A DNA stretch of 26,026 nt from Candidatus Margulisiibacteriota bacterium (GTDB lineage: Bacteria > Margulisbacteria > WOR-1 > O2-12-FULL-45-9 > XYB2-FULL-48-7), in the NCBI GenBank assembly GCA_028717325.1, contig JAQUOB010000001.1, forward strand, positions 1-26,026, in the 5' to 3' direction. The first letter of the stretch is position 1. The number at the start of each line of letters is the position of its first letter. The position numbers and the translations under genes were made by a program. The notes beneath the pieces are model-generated. The model was not told the origin of the DNA. It ran no database searches and was given only the letters and a program-made list of their open reading frames with translations. This document shows positions 9,790-21,523 of the stretch, piece by piece.

Positions 9790-10110
9790 CTAGATCATTT
9801 TATTGAAGAAACAACTCCGGTTGCCCGTGTGGCAGGCGATGTCGCCTATCTGCTCGATCTTGGCCAGAATAGCGTCGGCATCACAATCATAATACAATTC
9901 TTTGACTTTTTGAATGTGGCCGGAAGTGTCGCCCTTGTGCCAGAGCACCTTTCTTGACCTCGACCAGTAGACCATCTCTTTCATTGCCAGCGTTTTCTCA
10001 AGCGATTCCTTGTTCATATAAGCCAGCATCAACACCGCGCCGTCCTTATAGTCCTGCGCGATCACCGGGACCAGCCCTTTATCATCAAATTTAATTTTAC
10101 TGATATCCAT
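9790..10110 (-). CDS. hisI: Phosphoribosyl-AMP cyclohydrolase
   Basis: [62 protein letters not shown]. Confidence 0.97.
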   Translation of the reverse strand: MDISKIKFDDKGLVPVIAQDYKDGAVLMLAYMNKESLEKTLAMKEMVYWSRSRKVLWHKGDTSGHIQKVKELYYDCDADAILAKIEQIGDIACHTGNRSCFFNKMI

Positions 10111-10121
10111 AACGACCTCCT

Positions 10122-13100
10122 TTATAATTGGGCCCGCATCATCTCTTCGACATCTTTTTTCTTGTGAACCTTAAATTCTACGTTGACCGCGCCGTCTCCC
10201 AATAATTTCTCCAGCTGTTCGACCAGGTCGGGGTTGATCTCGACCCAGAACGACCGGTTCAGCTCCACGCTCTTGCCGTCTGTGCGGATAAAGACCGGGT
10301 CGGTGCCGCGATGGAGCGCCAGGACATCCTTCATCATATCCAGCACCTGTTTGTCCTTGATATCGACGAATTCGACGTGCAGGGAGCGCACCTTTTCCAG
10401 CTCTTCCAGCGGCTCGACCGACTCCGCCTGGACATTCAGTTCTTCAGTGCGGAAATCGCGATTGAGCTTGCCTTTGACGATCACCGCTTCGTCATCGTTT
10501 AGGAACGGGGCGCACTTTTCATAGGCCTTTGGAAAGACGACCAGCGGGATGCTGCCGGTCAGGTCTTCCAGGTTGGCCAGTAACATCGTGTCGCCGCGCT
10601 TGGTTACGATCCGTTTGCAATCGGACAACAAACCGCCGACCTTGACCTGCTCGCCCTCGCTCATCTCGGCGATATCGGCCACGCTGACGGTGGTCTGGGC
10701 TTCCAGCGAATCGCGCAGTCGCTCCAGCGGGTGCGAGGAGATATATAAACCCAGGAGTTCTTTTTCCATGCGCAACAGCTGATCGGGCGAAAACTCGGCA
10801 ACATCAACTGTTTTGATCTCGGTTTCGGGTTTCGGTCTTCTGGCTTCGGATTTGACTTCGAACAGCATTTCCTGCCCGTTCGCCCGCTCTTTTAGGTCGG
10901 CATTGATGCTTGACATCATTTTTTCGTAATTCGTCAGGAGAAAGGCCCTGCCCCGCTCGAATGAATCGAAAGCGCCGGCCTTGATCAAGCTTTCCACCAC
11001 TTTTTTATTGACGGTCCGTTGATCGACCCGGCGATAAAAATCGTCAAAAGATTTATACGGTCCGTCGGTTGACTTGACCTGAATGATCGAATCGATCGCC
11101 GCGATGCCGACGTTCTTGATCGCGGTCAGGCCGAAGCGGATGCCGTCTTTGGTGGAAGTGAAATTGCGGTCGCTTTCGTTGACGTCGGGCGGCAGGATCT
11201 TTAACCCCATCTTCTTGGCTTCGGAAAGATAAAGCCTGACCTTATCGGTGTTGCCCATGACGGAAGTGAGCAGCGCGGCCATGAACTCGGCCGGGTAATT
11301 GGCTTTGAGGAACGCCGTCTGGTAAGAAATGAACGCGTAAGAAGTCGAGTGCGACTTATTGAAGCCGTAGCCGGCGAACTTGGCGCAAAGATTGAACAGC
11401 TCTGTCGCCTTATGCTTGGACACGCCGCGCTTGACCGCCCCTTCGATAAAGTGTTCCTTCTGCATCTCCATCTCTTTGACTTTTTTCTTGCCCATGGCGG
11501 CGCGCAGGACATCCGCCTGGCCCATCGAAAAGCCGGCGATCTTGCTGGCGATCTCCATGACCTGCTCCTGGTAAAGGATGACGCCGTAGGTCTCTTTCAG
11601 GATCGGCTGCAGCTCGGGCAGTTCATATTTGATCGGCACTTTTCTCTGCTTGCGTTTGACGTAATCCTCGACCATGCCGCTCTCCAGCGGGCCGGGACGG
11701 TAAAGGGCCAGCAAGGCGATAATTTCTTCGAACGTCGACGGCCGCAGGTCCTTGATCAGGGCGCGCATGCCCCGGCTTTCCAGCTGGAACACGCCGATCG
11801 TCTCCCCGGCCGAGAACAGGCTGTAAGTATTGAGATCGTTCATCGGAATGGTGTTCATGTCGAGTTCCACGCCGCGGTTCTTTTTCAGTATCTCGACCGC
11901 TTGGGCGATCATCGTCAGGTTGCGCAGGCCGAGGAAATCCATTTTTAACAGCCCGATCTTTTCCAGGTCCTCCATGGTGTATTGGGTGACGAGGACATTT
12001 TCATCCAGCTGCTGCAGCGGAGCGTATTCCACGACCGGCGCTTGAGAAATTACGACGCCGGCGGCGTGCACGGAGGCATGCCTGACGGCGCCCTCGATCT
12101 GCAGGGCGGTATCGAGCAGGCTTTTTATCTTCGGATCGTTTTCATACAGCGCCTTTAATTCTTTCACGCTTTCCAGCGCCTTGCTCAACGTGATGTCGGG
12201 ACCGAACGGCACCAGCTTGGCGATCTTGTCGACTTCGGGCAGCGGCACCTGCAGCACCCGCCCGACATCGCGGATCGCCCCCCGGGCCGCCATGGTCCCG
12301 AAGGTGATGATCTGCGCCACGTGGTCTTTGCCGTATTTTTTCGTCACGTACTCGATGACCTCGCCGCGCCGCTCGAAGCAGAAATCGACGTCGATATCGG
12401 GCATCGAGATGCGCTCCAAGTTGAGGAACCGCTCAAAGATCAGGCCGTACTTCAGCGGCTCGATGTTCGTGATGCCCAGCGCGTAAGCGACGATACTGCC
12501 GGCGGCCGAACCCCTACCCGGGCCGACCTGGATCCCGTTGGTTTTCGCCCAGTTGATGAAATCGGAGACGATCAGGAAGTAAGACGCGTATTCCATTTTT
12601 TCGATCGTCATCAGTTCATACTTGACCCGGTCGATAATTTCGGGCGGCAGCAGCGTGCCGTATTTTTTCTTGATCCCGTCCCAGGTCAGTTTTTCGAGGA
12701 AAGATTCGGGTGTTTCTCCCGCCGGTACCGTAAAGTTAGGCAGATGAAGCACGCCGGTCTCTATTTCCAAATTACATTTCGCCGCTATTTCGACCGTCCT
12801 GGCCAATGCTTCCGGCATATCCGCGAACCTCTCCATCATCTCTTCGTACGATTTGAGATAGAAATCTTTACTGCTGAACCTCATCCGCTTTTCATCGTTG
12901 ACGAACGAGTTGGTCTGGATGCAAAGCAGGACATCCTGCGTATAAGCGTCTGCCTGGCGGACACAATGGACGTCGTTGCTGGCGACCATGGCTATACCGG
13001 TCTCTTTCGAGAGTTTCAGCATCATGGCTTTGAGTTCCTTGAATTCCGGCAGGTTGAAGTCCATTATTTCGAGGTAGAAATCCTCCCCCCAGAGGCCTTT

Positions 13101-13595
13101 GAAATATTCGGCCGACTCGCGCGCCGCCTCGGGATTGCCGGCCAGCAGAGCACGCTGGATCTCGCCGCTGGCGCAGCCGGAGAGCACCACCAACCCCTCC
13201 CGGTATTTTTCCATCAGTTCGCGATCGATCCTCGGCCGGGAATAAAAGCCCTCGATCGAGGCCAGCGAGGCCAATTTAAGCAGGTTCTTATAGCCGGTCC
13301 TGTCTTTGGCCAGGAAGGTCATATGGTGCGGTGAGCGGTCTTCTTTGGTCTCTTTATCGAACCTGGTGCGCGGCGCCACATACATTTCACAGCCGATGAT
13401 CGGCTTGAGCCCCGCTTCTTTGGCTTTGAGGTAAAACTCAATTGCCGCGTACATGTTGCCGTGATCGGTGACCGCCAGAGAATGCATCCCCAGCTCTTTG
13501 GCCCTGGCGATCAGGTCAGGGATGCGGCAAGCACCGTCCAGCAGGCTGTACTCCGTGTGGGTATGCAGATGAATAAATTTGTCTCTGTGAGGCAT
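10122..13595 (-). CDS. dnaE: DNA polymerase III subunit alpha
   Basis: PHP domain [47 protein letters not shown]-terminal OB fold. No intein. Confidence 0.99.
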   Translation of the reverse strand: MPHRDKFIHLHTHTEYSLLDGACRIPDLIARAKELGMHSLAVTDHGNMYAAIEFYLKAKEAGLKPIIGCEMYVAPRTRFDKETKEDRSPHHMTFLAKDRTGYKNLLKLASLASIEGFYSRPRIDRELMEKYREGLVVLSGCASGEIQRALLAGNPEAARESAEYFKGLWGEDFYLEIMDFNLPEFKELKAMMLKLSKETGIAMVASNDVHCVRQADAYTQDVLLCIQTNSFVNDEKRMRFSSKDFYLKSYEEMMERFADMPEALARTVEIAAKCNLEIETGVLHLPNFTVPAGETPESFLEKLTWDGIKKKYGTLLPPEIIDRVKYELMTIEKMEYASYFLIVSDFINWAKTNGIQVGPGRGSAAGSIVAYALGITNIEPLKYGLIFERFLNLERISMPDIDVDFCFERRGEVIEYVTKKYGKDHVAQIITFGTMAARGAIRDVGRVLQVPLPEVDKIAKLVPFGPDITLSKALESVKELKALYENDPKIKSLLDTALQIEGAVRHASVHAAGVVISQAPVVEYAPLQQLDENVLVTQYTMEDLEKIGLLKMDFLGLRNLTMIAQAVEILKKNRGVELDMNTIPMNDLNTYSLFSAGETIGVFQLESRGMRALIKDLRPSTFEEIIALLALYRPGPLESGMVEDYVKRKQRKVPIKYELPELQPILKETYGVILYQEQVMEIASKIAGFSMGQADVLRAAMGKKKVKEMEMQKEHFIEGAVKRGVSKHKATELFNLCAKFAGYGFNKSHSTSYAFISYQTAFLKANYPAEFMAALLTSVMGNTDKVRLYLSEAKKMGLKILPPDVNESDRNFTSTKDGIRFGLTAIKNVGIAAIDSIIQVKSTDGPYKSFDDFYRRVDQRTVNKKVVESLIKAGAFDSFERGRAFLLTNYEKMMSSINADLKERANGQEMLFEVKSEARRPKPETEIKTVDVAEFSPDQLLRMEKELLGLYISSHPLERLRDSLEAQTTVSVADIAEMSEGEQVKVGGLLSDCKRIVTKRGDTMLLANLEDLTGSIPLVVFPKAYEKCAPFLNDDEAVIVKGKLNRDFRTEELNVQAESVEPLEELEKVRSLHVEFVDIKDKQVLDMMKDVLALHRGTDPVFIRTDGKSVELNRSFWVEINPDLVEQLEKLLGDGAVNVEFKVHKKKDVEEMMRAQL

Positions 13596-13606
13596 TTGGA
13601 TACGTA

Positions 13607-13635
13607 ATTATAACAAAAAAGGCCGCGAACCTCAA
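13607..13635 (-). promoter_or_regulatory. Sigma70-type promoter for dnaE, overlapping the upstream terminator (likely leaderless)
   Basis: TTGAGG (13635-13630), 17 nt spacer, TATAAT (13612-13607). The ATG is 11 nt after the -10 with no SD. Confidence 0.65.
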
Positions 13636-13654
13636 TTGAAGCCGCGACCTTTTT
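13615..13654 (-). terminator. Intrinsic terminator after the small CxxC protein
   Basis: Minus strand GGUCGCG-GCUUCAAUUGAGGUU-CGCGGCC-UUUUUU. The stem closes with G.U pairs only when read on the minus strand. Confidence 0.8.
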
Positions 13655-13670
13655 CTAACTAGTTAGAAAA
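13651..13670. promoter_or_regulatory. Perfect 20-bp palindrome, possible protein-binding site
   Basis: TTTTCTAACTAGTTAGAAAA is fully self-complementary with no loop. Confidence 0.45.
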
Positions 13671-13674
13671 CAAA

Positions 13675-13821
13675 CTATCCGCCGATCCTGAACATTTTAG
13701 TGCCGCATTCCGGGCACTCGCCTTTGGAGGCTTTCCTGCCGTTCTTCATCGTAACCTCTTTAGGATTTTTCATGTCCTGTTTCTTTTTGCATTTGACGCA
13801 ATAAGCTTTGACTGCTGCCAT
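13675..13821 (-). CDS. 48-aa zinc-ribbon-like protein (DUF5679-like)
   Basis: Not in the ORF track. MAAVKAYCVKCKKKQDMKNPKEVTMKNGRKASKGECPECGTKMFRIGG*, with two CxxC pairs, a strong AGGAGGT RBS, and its own promoter and terminator. Confidence 0.88.
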   Translation of the reverse strand: MAAVKAYCVKCKKKQDMKNPKEVTMKNGRKASKGECPECGTKMFRIGG

Positions 13822-13872
13822 TTCTCTCCACCTCCTTTTTATAATTATATAAAAGAATTTAAGCTCGCTGGC

Positions 13873-13901
13873 ATTTTAGACGTTGAGCCGCGACCTGTCA
13901 A
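13873..13901 (-). promoter_or_regulatory. Near-consensus sigma70 promoter for the 48-aa protein
   Basis: TTGACA (13901-13896), 17 nt spacer, TAAAAT (13878-13873). Confidence 0.8.
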
Positions 13902-13931
13902 GCGTTCTTCGCCAGAGTCAAGTTTCCGGCT

Positions 13932-14345
13932 TTAGTAAATTTTATAGCCGAACTGGCAGACCGGCCGCCCTTTGCCGGCCACGTCAACGCCGAACTCCAG
14001 AAAGAGCGGCTCGACATCAAGCATCCGGTTAAGGATAAAAGTCAGAGAAAAACCGACGTCATTCTTATTGTTGCCAAAGTAGCCGACCAGGCCGAGGCCG
14101 AGGCCGAGCGGCATCCGGCCGATCGCGGTCAAAGGTATTTTTCCGCCGATCAGAGCGCAAACCGGCTGATTGCCGGAATTAAATTCGATCGCGCCCCGGG
14201 CTGTCAAATTACGGGCGACGCCCGCCTCCAGCTGCAGACCGATAGCCAGCCCATCCCTCACTCCGCCGACTATTTCCGGAACCGCCGCTTGTGAACAACC
14301 CATCAGTAACCCGACAAACAAAACGCCGATCATAACCTTTTTCAT
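13932..14345 (-). CDS. Secreted small beta-barrel-like outer-membrane protein, paralog 1
   Basis: Signal peptide, Gly/aromatic amphipathic beta strands, C-terminal QFGYKIY. Shares GGxRDGLxxG with its neighbour. Confidence 0.7.
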   Translation of the reverse strand: MKKVMIGVLFVGLLMGCSQAAVPEIVGGVRDGLAIGLQLEAGVARNLTARGAIEFNSGNQPVCALIGGKIPLTAIGRMPLGLGLGLVGYFGNNKNDVGFSLTFILNRMLDVEPLFLEFGVDVAGKGRPVCQFGYKIY

Positions 14346-14383
14346 TTCAAATACCCCTTTCTTAAAAAATTAAAGCTCAAGCG

Positions 14384-14821
14384 TCAATAACTTAAGAACC
14401 GATAGCCGACCTGGGCTTCCACATGCCCGTGATCGCCGAACCAATCCAGGCCGGTCTCGAGAAAATAAGCATCGTTATTATATAGTTTTTCAAAGATCAA
14501 AGATAGATACTCGCCCTGCTCGGTCCGCGCGCCGTAATTACCGACAAAACCAAACCCCCAGGCGATCGGTTCGTCCTTGATCGTGACCAGCGGCATTTTC
14601 AGCCCGGCAAAGATGAGGAACGGATTGTCGCCGGCAAAAGTGAGATCTTCGCCGGTAGTCGCTTCAACTCCAAACCGGCCGGTAAAATAATCAGTAAATG
14701 ATCGCTCCGTTGCCATGCCCAGCCCCAGCCCGTCGCGAGCGCCGCCGATCATAGCTGAGTGGTTCGCCCAAACCGTTTGCGCTATTAAAACAAGAAATAT
14801 GCCCAATAATATTTTTTTCAT
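14384..14821 (-). CDS. Secreted small beta-barrel-like outer-membrane protein, paralog 2
   Basis: Signal peptide MKKILLGIFLVLIAQTVWA, GGARDGLGLG, FLETGLD, C-terminal QVGYRFLSY. Confidence 0.7.
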   Translation of the reverse strand: MKKILLGIFLVLIAQTVWANHSAMIGGARDGLGLGMATERSFTDYFTGRFGVEATTGEDLTFAGDNPFLIFAGLKMPLVTIKDEPIAWGFGFVGNYGARTEQGEYLSLIFEKLYNNDAYFLETGLDWFGDHGHVEAQVGYRFLSY

Positions 14822-14829
14822 TTCTTACC

Positions 14830-17316
<2,487 letters not shown>

Positions 17317-17317
17317 G

Positions 17318-19318
17318 TTAGGTTCGCAGTCGTACCATCAGCTTGGACGTTAGCGCCTGGACTATTTCCTGGTGTTTGGTATTGACTTCCTGCTCGGTCA
17401 GCGTGTGCCCAGGGTGGCGATAAACGATCCGGTAAGCCGCGCTGTCTTTATACTTATCGAACGGGAAGACATCTTCCACCAATTCGCCGCCGGCTCTCTG
17501 CACCGTTTCAATGATCGTCTGGTTATCCAGGTCGGCCGGGATAACCATTGAGATGTCGCGGGACATTGAAGGGAATTTGGGCAGCGGCTCAAGCTTTTTT
17601 TCCACCGCAGCCAGTTTTACTAAAGCGTCGAGATCTAGTTCAAAAAAGAAAGCCGGCTTTGTAAGCTCAAAGTTGCGCTGGATGTCCGGATGCAGAGCGC
17701 CGAATATCCCGAGCCCCTCAACCTGCGCTCCCTTCCCCGGCTGTAATAGATAATTATCGCTGCCCGCGACCGCCGGCATTTCGATCCCCAGGCCCCGGCA
17801 AAGGTTCTCGATCACTCCCTTGACATAAAAATAATCGACTTCGCCTTTATCAAGCGCGCTCATGAACGGTGACCCAACCACCAAACCACCTAACAACCAT
17901 TTCTCATCCGGCAGCTTTCCCTTCGACGGCAGGAAAACCTTGCCGATCTCAAAGAGGAAAATATTATCGATCCCGCGGTTCTGGTTGTGGACGGCGGTTT
18001 TTAATAGACCGGTCAGCATATTGACCCGCATAATGCTCTCTTCGATCGTCAGCGGATTGGCTATTTTGACCGCTTTATCCGAAGGAGTCCCCGTGTTTTC
18101 AAAATCTTTCGGCCCCAGCATGCTGTAAGATTGGGCCTCATTCAGTCCGCAGCCGGCTAATATTTCCCTGACTTTATGCCTTAGAGCGTCTTCCCGGTCG
18201 ACATCTTTACCGGGGAAAGCGATATTAGGCATGGTTGGATCGATCCGGTTATAGCCCCAGATCCGGGCGATCTCTTCGATCAGGTCGATCTCGCGCTCAA
18301 CGTCCATAGCGCGGAACAGCGGTATCTCGACTTTGGAAATACCGCCTTTAGGATTTGTTACCTGGAAGCCCAACCGTTTCAAAACGCTGGTGATATCGCC
18401 CTGCGGTATCTCGATCCCCAGCATTTTGGTGACGCGGTCAAAACGCAGTTCGATGATTTTCGGTTTCATTTCCTGGCCGATGGCATCGACTTTGCCTTTT
18501 AAGACCTCGCCCCGGCCGAGTTCCGCGATCAGCGCGGCGCCGCGGTCGAGCGCTTCTTCCACCGCGTTCCAGTCAACCCCGTGCTCAAAGCGGACCGAGG
18601 ATTCGCTTCTCGTCTTGAGCTGTTTCGAGGTCTTGTGAATCGAGATCGGGTTGAAATAGGCGGATTCGAGTATCACGCTCTTAGTCGCCGGGCTGACCTC
18701 GGTATTGGCACAACCCATCGTCCCGGCTACGGCGATCGCTTTGTCGGGATCGGCGATGACCAGCATATCGGATTCCAGTTTGTGCTCTTTGCCGTCAAGA
18801 GTCACGACCTTTTCGCCGGGATTGGCCCGGCGGACGATGATGAACTGGTCTTTGACCAGCGCGGAATCGAACGCATGCATCGGCTGGCCGAGCTCCAGCA
18901 GAAGATAATTTGTTACGTCGACCACGTTATTGACCGGCCGCATCCCCGCCTGCTCCAGCCGTTTCTTGAGCCATTCCGGCGAATCGGCAACCTTGACGTT
19001 CTCGATCACCCGGGCCATATAACGCGGACAGAGGTCCTTATCGCGGACCTCGACTTTAACGGCACTGTTAAGCTTTTTGAATGATTCTTTAAGTTTGGTC
19101 TTGATCGGTTTTTGTTTGAATTTAGTCAGGGCGGAAACCTCGCGCGCGATCCCGCGGACGCTCCAGCAATCCGAACGATTGGGCAAAACATCGACTTCCA
19201 GGATGTCATCCGGCAGGAGGATCGTCTCCAATCCGCCCATGGTCAGCATTTGCGCGACCTGACCCGGGCTCGACCGGAAGATAATTAACTCTTTAAGCCA
19301 ATCTATTGGGACTCTCAT
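17318..19318 (-). CDS. pheT: Phenylalanine--tRNA ligase beta subunit (short form lacking the B2 OB-fold)
   Basis: PNRSDCWSVRGIARE, NNVVDVTNY, GQPMHAFD, LESAYF, DLIEEIARIWGY, C-terminal PKFPSMSRDIS. Directly follows pheS. Confidence 0.97.
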   Translation of the reverse strand: MRVPIDWLKELIIFRSSPGQVAQMLTMGGLETILLPDDILEVDVLPNRSDCWSVRGIAREVSALTKFKQKPIKTKLKESFKKLNSAVKVEVRDKDLCPRYMARVIENVKVADSPEWLKKRLEQAGMRPVNNVVDVTNYLLLELGQPMHAFDSALVKDQFIIVRRANPGEKVVTLDGKEHKLESDMLVIADPDKAIAVAGTMGCANTEVSPATKSVILESAYFNPISIHKTSKQLKTRSESSVRFEHGVDWNAVEEALDRGAALIAELGRGEVLKGKVDAIGQEMKPKIIELRFDRVTKMLGIEIPQGDITSVLKRLGFQVTNPKGGISKVEIPLFRAMDVEREIDLIEEIARIWGYNRIDPTMPNIAFPGKDVDREDALRHKVREILAGCGLNEAQSYSMLGPKDFENTGTPSDKAVKIANPLTIEESIMRVNMLTGLLKTAVHNQNRGIDNIFLFEIGKVFLPSKGKLPDEKWLLGGLVVGSPFMSALDKGEVDYFYVKGVIENLCRGLGIEMPAVAGSDNYLLQPGKGAQVEGLGIFGALHPDIQRNFELTKPAFFFELDLDALVKLAAVEKKLEPLPKFPSMSRDISMVIPADLDNQTIIETVQRAGGELVEDVFPFDKYKDSAAYRIVYRHPGHTLTEQEVNTKHQEIVQALTSKLMVRLRT

Positions 19319-20334
19319 TAAAATTGCTCCAGAAAGCGGACGTCATTCTCATAAAGTAAACGTATGTTATCGATCCCGTATTTCAACATCGTGATCCGGT
19401 CGATCCCCATGCCAAAGGCAAAACCGCTGTATTTTTCCGGGTCGTAGCCGACGGCTTTAAAGACGTTCGGGTCGATCATGCCGGAGCCGAGTATCTCGAT
19501 CCAGCCGGTATCTTTGCACAGCCGGCAGCCCTTGCCTTTACACATCACGCATTCCACGTCTGCCTCGGCCGAGGGCTCGGTGAAAGGGAAAAAGCTCGGC
19601 CGGAACCTAACGTTCTTATCTTTACCGAACATCTGCCTCAAGAATTCGGTCAGCGTGCCTTTGAGGTCGCCAAACGTCACCTGTTTATTGACCAGAAAGC
19701 CCTCTAACTGCTGGAAGATCGGCGAATGGCTGGCGTCGGAGTCGCGGCGATAAACGCGTCCCGGCGCGATGATCGCCAGCGGCGGTTTTTTCTTTTCCAT
19801 CACCCTGATCTGGACGGGTGAAGTGTGCGTCCTTAATAAAATGTCGTCTTTGATAAATAAAGTCGACCACATGTCGCGCGACGGATGGTGCGGCGGGATG
19901 TTCAGGCCGTCAAAGTTATAATAATCGGTCTCGACTTCCGGCCCCTCGGCGATCTCAAAGCCCATCCGGATAAAGATGGCTTTGGCCTCTTCCATGACTT
20001 GAGTCAGCGGATGGATATGCCCGCGCCTGATCCCTTTGCCCGGCATAGTGATATCGACTTTTTCCGCCGCGATCTTTTTGGTCTGCTCGCTCTTCTGCAG
20101 CGCGGCTTTGCGGCCGCTTAACGCCAGTTCGATCGCTGTTTTCGCTTCATTGACCAGGGCGCCCAGCTTCGGGCGCTCTTCCGGCGCGGCCGAGCCCAGC
20201 GACTTTAATAATTCCTGCAGATCGCTCTTTTTGCCGGCGTATTTGATCCGCGCTTCATCCAAAGAAGCGATCGTTTGTGTCTCCCCGATCGCTTTCAATG
20301 CTTCTTCTTTTAATTGTTTTATCTTATCTTCCAT
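19318..20334 (-). CDS. pheS: Phenylalanine--tRNA ligase alpha subunit
   Basis: LNIPPHHPSRDM, LRTHTSPVQ, PGRVYR, RFRPSFFPFTEPS, GWIEILGSG, GFAFGMGIDR. Confidence 0.99.
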   Translation of the reverse strand: MEDKIKQLKEEALKAIGETQTIASLDEARIKYAGKKSDLQELLKSLGSAAPEERPKLGALVNEAKTAIELALSGRKAALQKSEQTKKIAAEKVDITMPGKGIRRGHIHPLTQVMEEAKAIFIRMGFEIAEGPEVETDYYNFDGLNIPPHHPSRDMWSTLFIKDDILLRTHTSPVQIRVMEKKKPPLAIIAPGRVYRRDSDASHSPIFQQLEGFLVNKQVTFGDLKGTLTEFLRQMFGKDKNVRFRPSFFPFTEPSAEADVECVMCKGKGCRLCKDTGWIEILGSGMIDPNVFKAVGYDPEKYSGFAFGMGIDRITMLKYGIDNIRLLYENDVRFLEQF

Positions 20335-21076
20335 GTTGCCTTAACGCTTCGTATAAAAGGACCGCAGTTGAAATTCCGACGTTCAGCGATTCCGCCTTGC
20401 CGACCATCGGTATCTTAACTTCCTCGTCGGCCAGTTTAACGATCTCTTTGTCCAACCCTGCCCCTTCATTCCCGACTAAAATAGCAATGCTCTTGTTCAG
20501 TTCCGCTTCGAAGCAATTCTTCCTCGCCGAGACCGTTGTGGCAACTATTTTAACATTTTTCTGCTTCAAATGCTCGATGGTTTCTACTTCGTCTTCGGTA
20601 TTAAAGATCGGCAGGTGGAAGAGCGAGCCCATGGTTGAGCGGACGACTTTCGGATTGTATAGATCGACAGTGCCTTTAGAAAGAATGACGCCACTGGCTC
20701 CGAAAGCGTCGGCTGAGCGGATAATCGTGCCGAGATTACCGGGGTCCTGAACTCCGACGCAGAAAACGATTAACGTCTTATCTTCTTTGATAACGTCCCG
20801 GAATTGATAATCAAACAGTTTAACGACTCCCAGTACGCCTTGAGGTGCTTCAACGCCGGAAACCTCTTCGAACTGCTCTTTTGAGACTTTAATAGCCGGA
20901 ACCCCTTCTTCCTCCAACTTTTTCACGATCGGCAGTTTTTCGCAATAAACAATAAAATTGACCTTATCGCCCGCCTCTTCGATCAAGTGCGGCCCCTCGA
21001 TAACGAATTTCCCCTCTTTGCGCCGGGCGGAGCGTTTTTCGAGGAGATTTTTAACGAGTTTAAGTTTTTCGTTCAT
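20324..21076 (-). CDS. TrmH/SpoU-family 23S rRNA/tRNA methyltransferase
   Basis: FVIEGPHL, VQDPGNLGTIIRSA, KVVRSTMGS, GNEGAG, IPM..AESLNV SPOUT motifs. Usual position upstream of pheS. Confidence 0.95.
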   Translation of the reverse strand: MNEKLKLVKNLLEKRSARRKEGKFVIEGPHLIEEAGDKVNFIVYCEKLPIVKKLEEEGVPAIKVSKEQFEEVSGVEAPQGVLGVVKLFDYQFRDVIKEDKTLIVFCVGVQDPGNLGTIIRSADAFGASGVILSKGTVDLYNPKVVRSTMGSLFHLPIFNTEDEVETIEHLKQKNVKIVATTVSARKNCFEAELNKSIAILVGNEGAGLDKEIVKLADEEVKIPMVGKAESLNVGISTAVLLYEALRQHGR

Positions 21077-21519
21077 TGTTGGCTTCCCAATGGCTGCAGG
21101 AAACCGGCGAATGAACTTCGCGGTTTCCTGCCTCGCAAAGCTCTCTTATCAATGCCATTAATCATCTGATTATTAATATAATCAATTTTCGTTTTTAAAT
21201 CTTCCTGGTCTTTAACCTCAACTGCGTGATAACCCCGCCCCCAAAGCTTCCTGAATTCAAACCTATTTCCCGGATATTTCTTAAATAGCTCCCTGGAACT
21301 GATCCCCTTAACCATTTTCATAACATATTCATTGCTGTCAGCAAGCCCTTTTCGAAGCAAGATGTGAACGTGATCAACAAGGACATTGAAAGCGATCAAT
21401 TCAAACCCTTTTGTTTTGCATACTTCATCAAATATGATACCTAAATCTTTAGCTATCTCGCCCTCAAGCACTTGCATTTTCTTATATGTTCGAAATGTGT
21501 AATGGAATGTCTTGGCCAT
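21073..21519 (-). CDS. tnpA: IS200/IS605-family HUH-Y1 transposase (TnpA)
   Basis: 148 aa. FHYTF (cf. YHIVF), DHVHILL HUH motif, KGISSR, LWGRGY, catalytic DYINNQ. The stop overlaps the TrmH-family start (ATGA). Confidence 0.9.
   Translation of the reverse strand: MAKTFHYTFRTYKKMQVLEGEIAKDLGIIFDEVCKTKGFELIAFNVLVDHVHILLRKGLADSNEYVMKMVKGISSRELFKKYPGNRFEFRKLWGRGYHAVEVKDQEDLKTKIDYINNQMINGIDKRALRGRKPRSSFAGFLQPLGSQQ
21096..21131 (-). repeat. REP-like hairpin, copy 5, in the 3' end of tnpA
   Basis: Coding strand GCAGGAAACCGCG-AA-GTTCA-TT-CGCCGGTTTCCTGC with a bulged C, translated as RKPRSSFAGFL. Confidence 0.9.
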
Positions 21520-21523
21520 TCAA

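Noticed and set aside
9781-9800. LexA/SOS box upstream of uvrA
   Set aside because: Only 9 nt separate hisI and uvrA, and no recognisable SOS palindrome is present.
11349-13334. Plus-strand ORFs of 199 and 337 aa
   Set aside because: They lie wholly antisense to dnaE and have no independent signals.
5280-13595. Inteins in dnaB or dnaE
   Set aside because: Both have normal lengths (445 and 1157 aa) with continuous motifs and no intein or homing-endonuclease signatures.
14346-14390. Internal promoter (TTGACG) between the two beta-barrel genes
   Set aside because: No acceptable -10 at 16-18 nt spacing (TAAGAA), and the hexamer overlaps the upstream stop codon.
21073-21519. Canonical RAYT or IS605 (tnpA+tnpB) element
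   Set aside because: RAYT-type motifs and a GTAG-footed REP are absent, and there is no tnpB/iscB ORF nearby.
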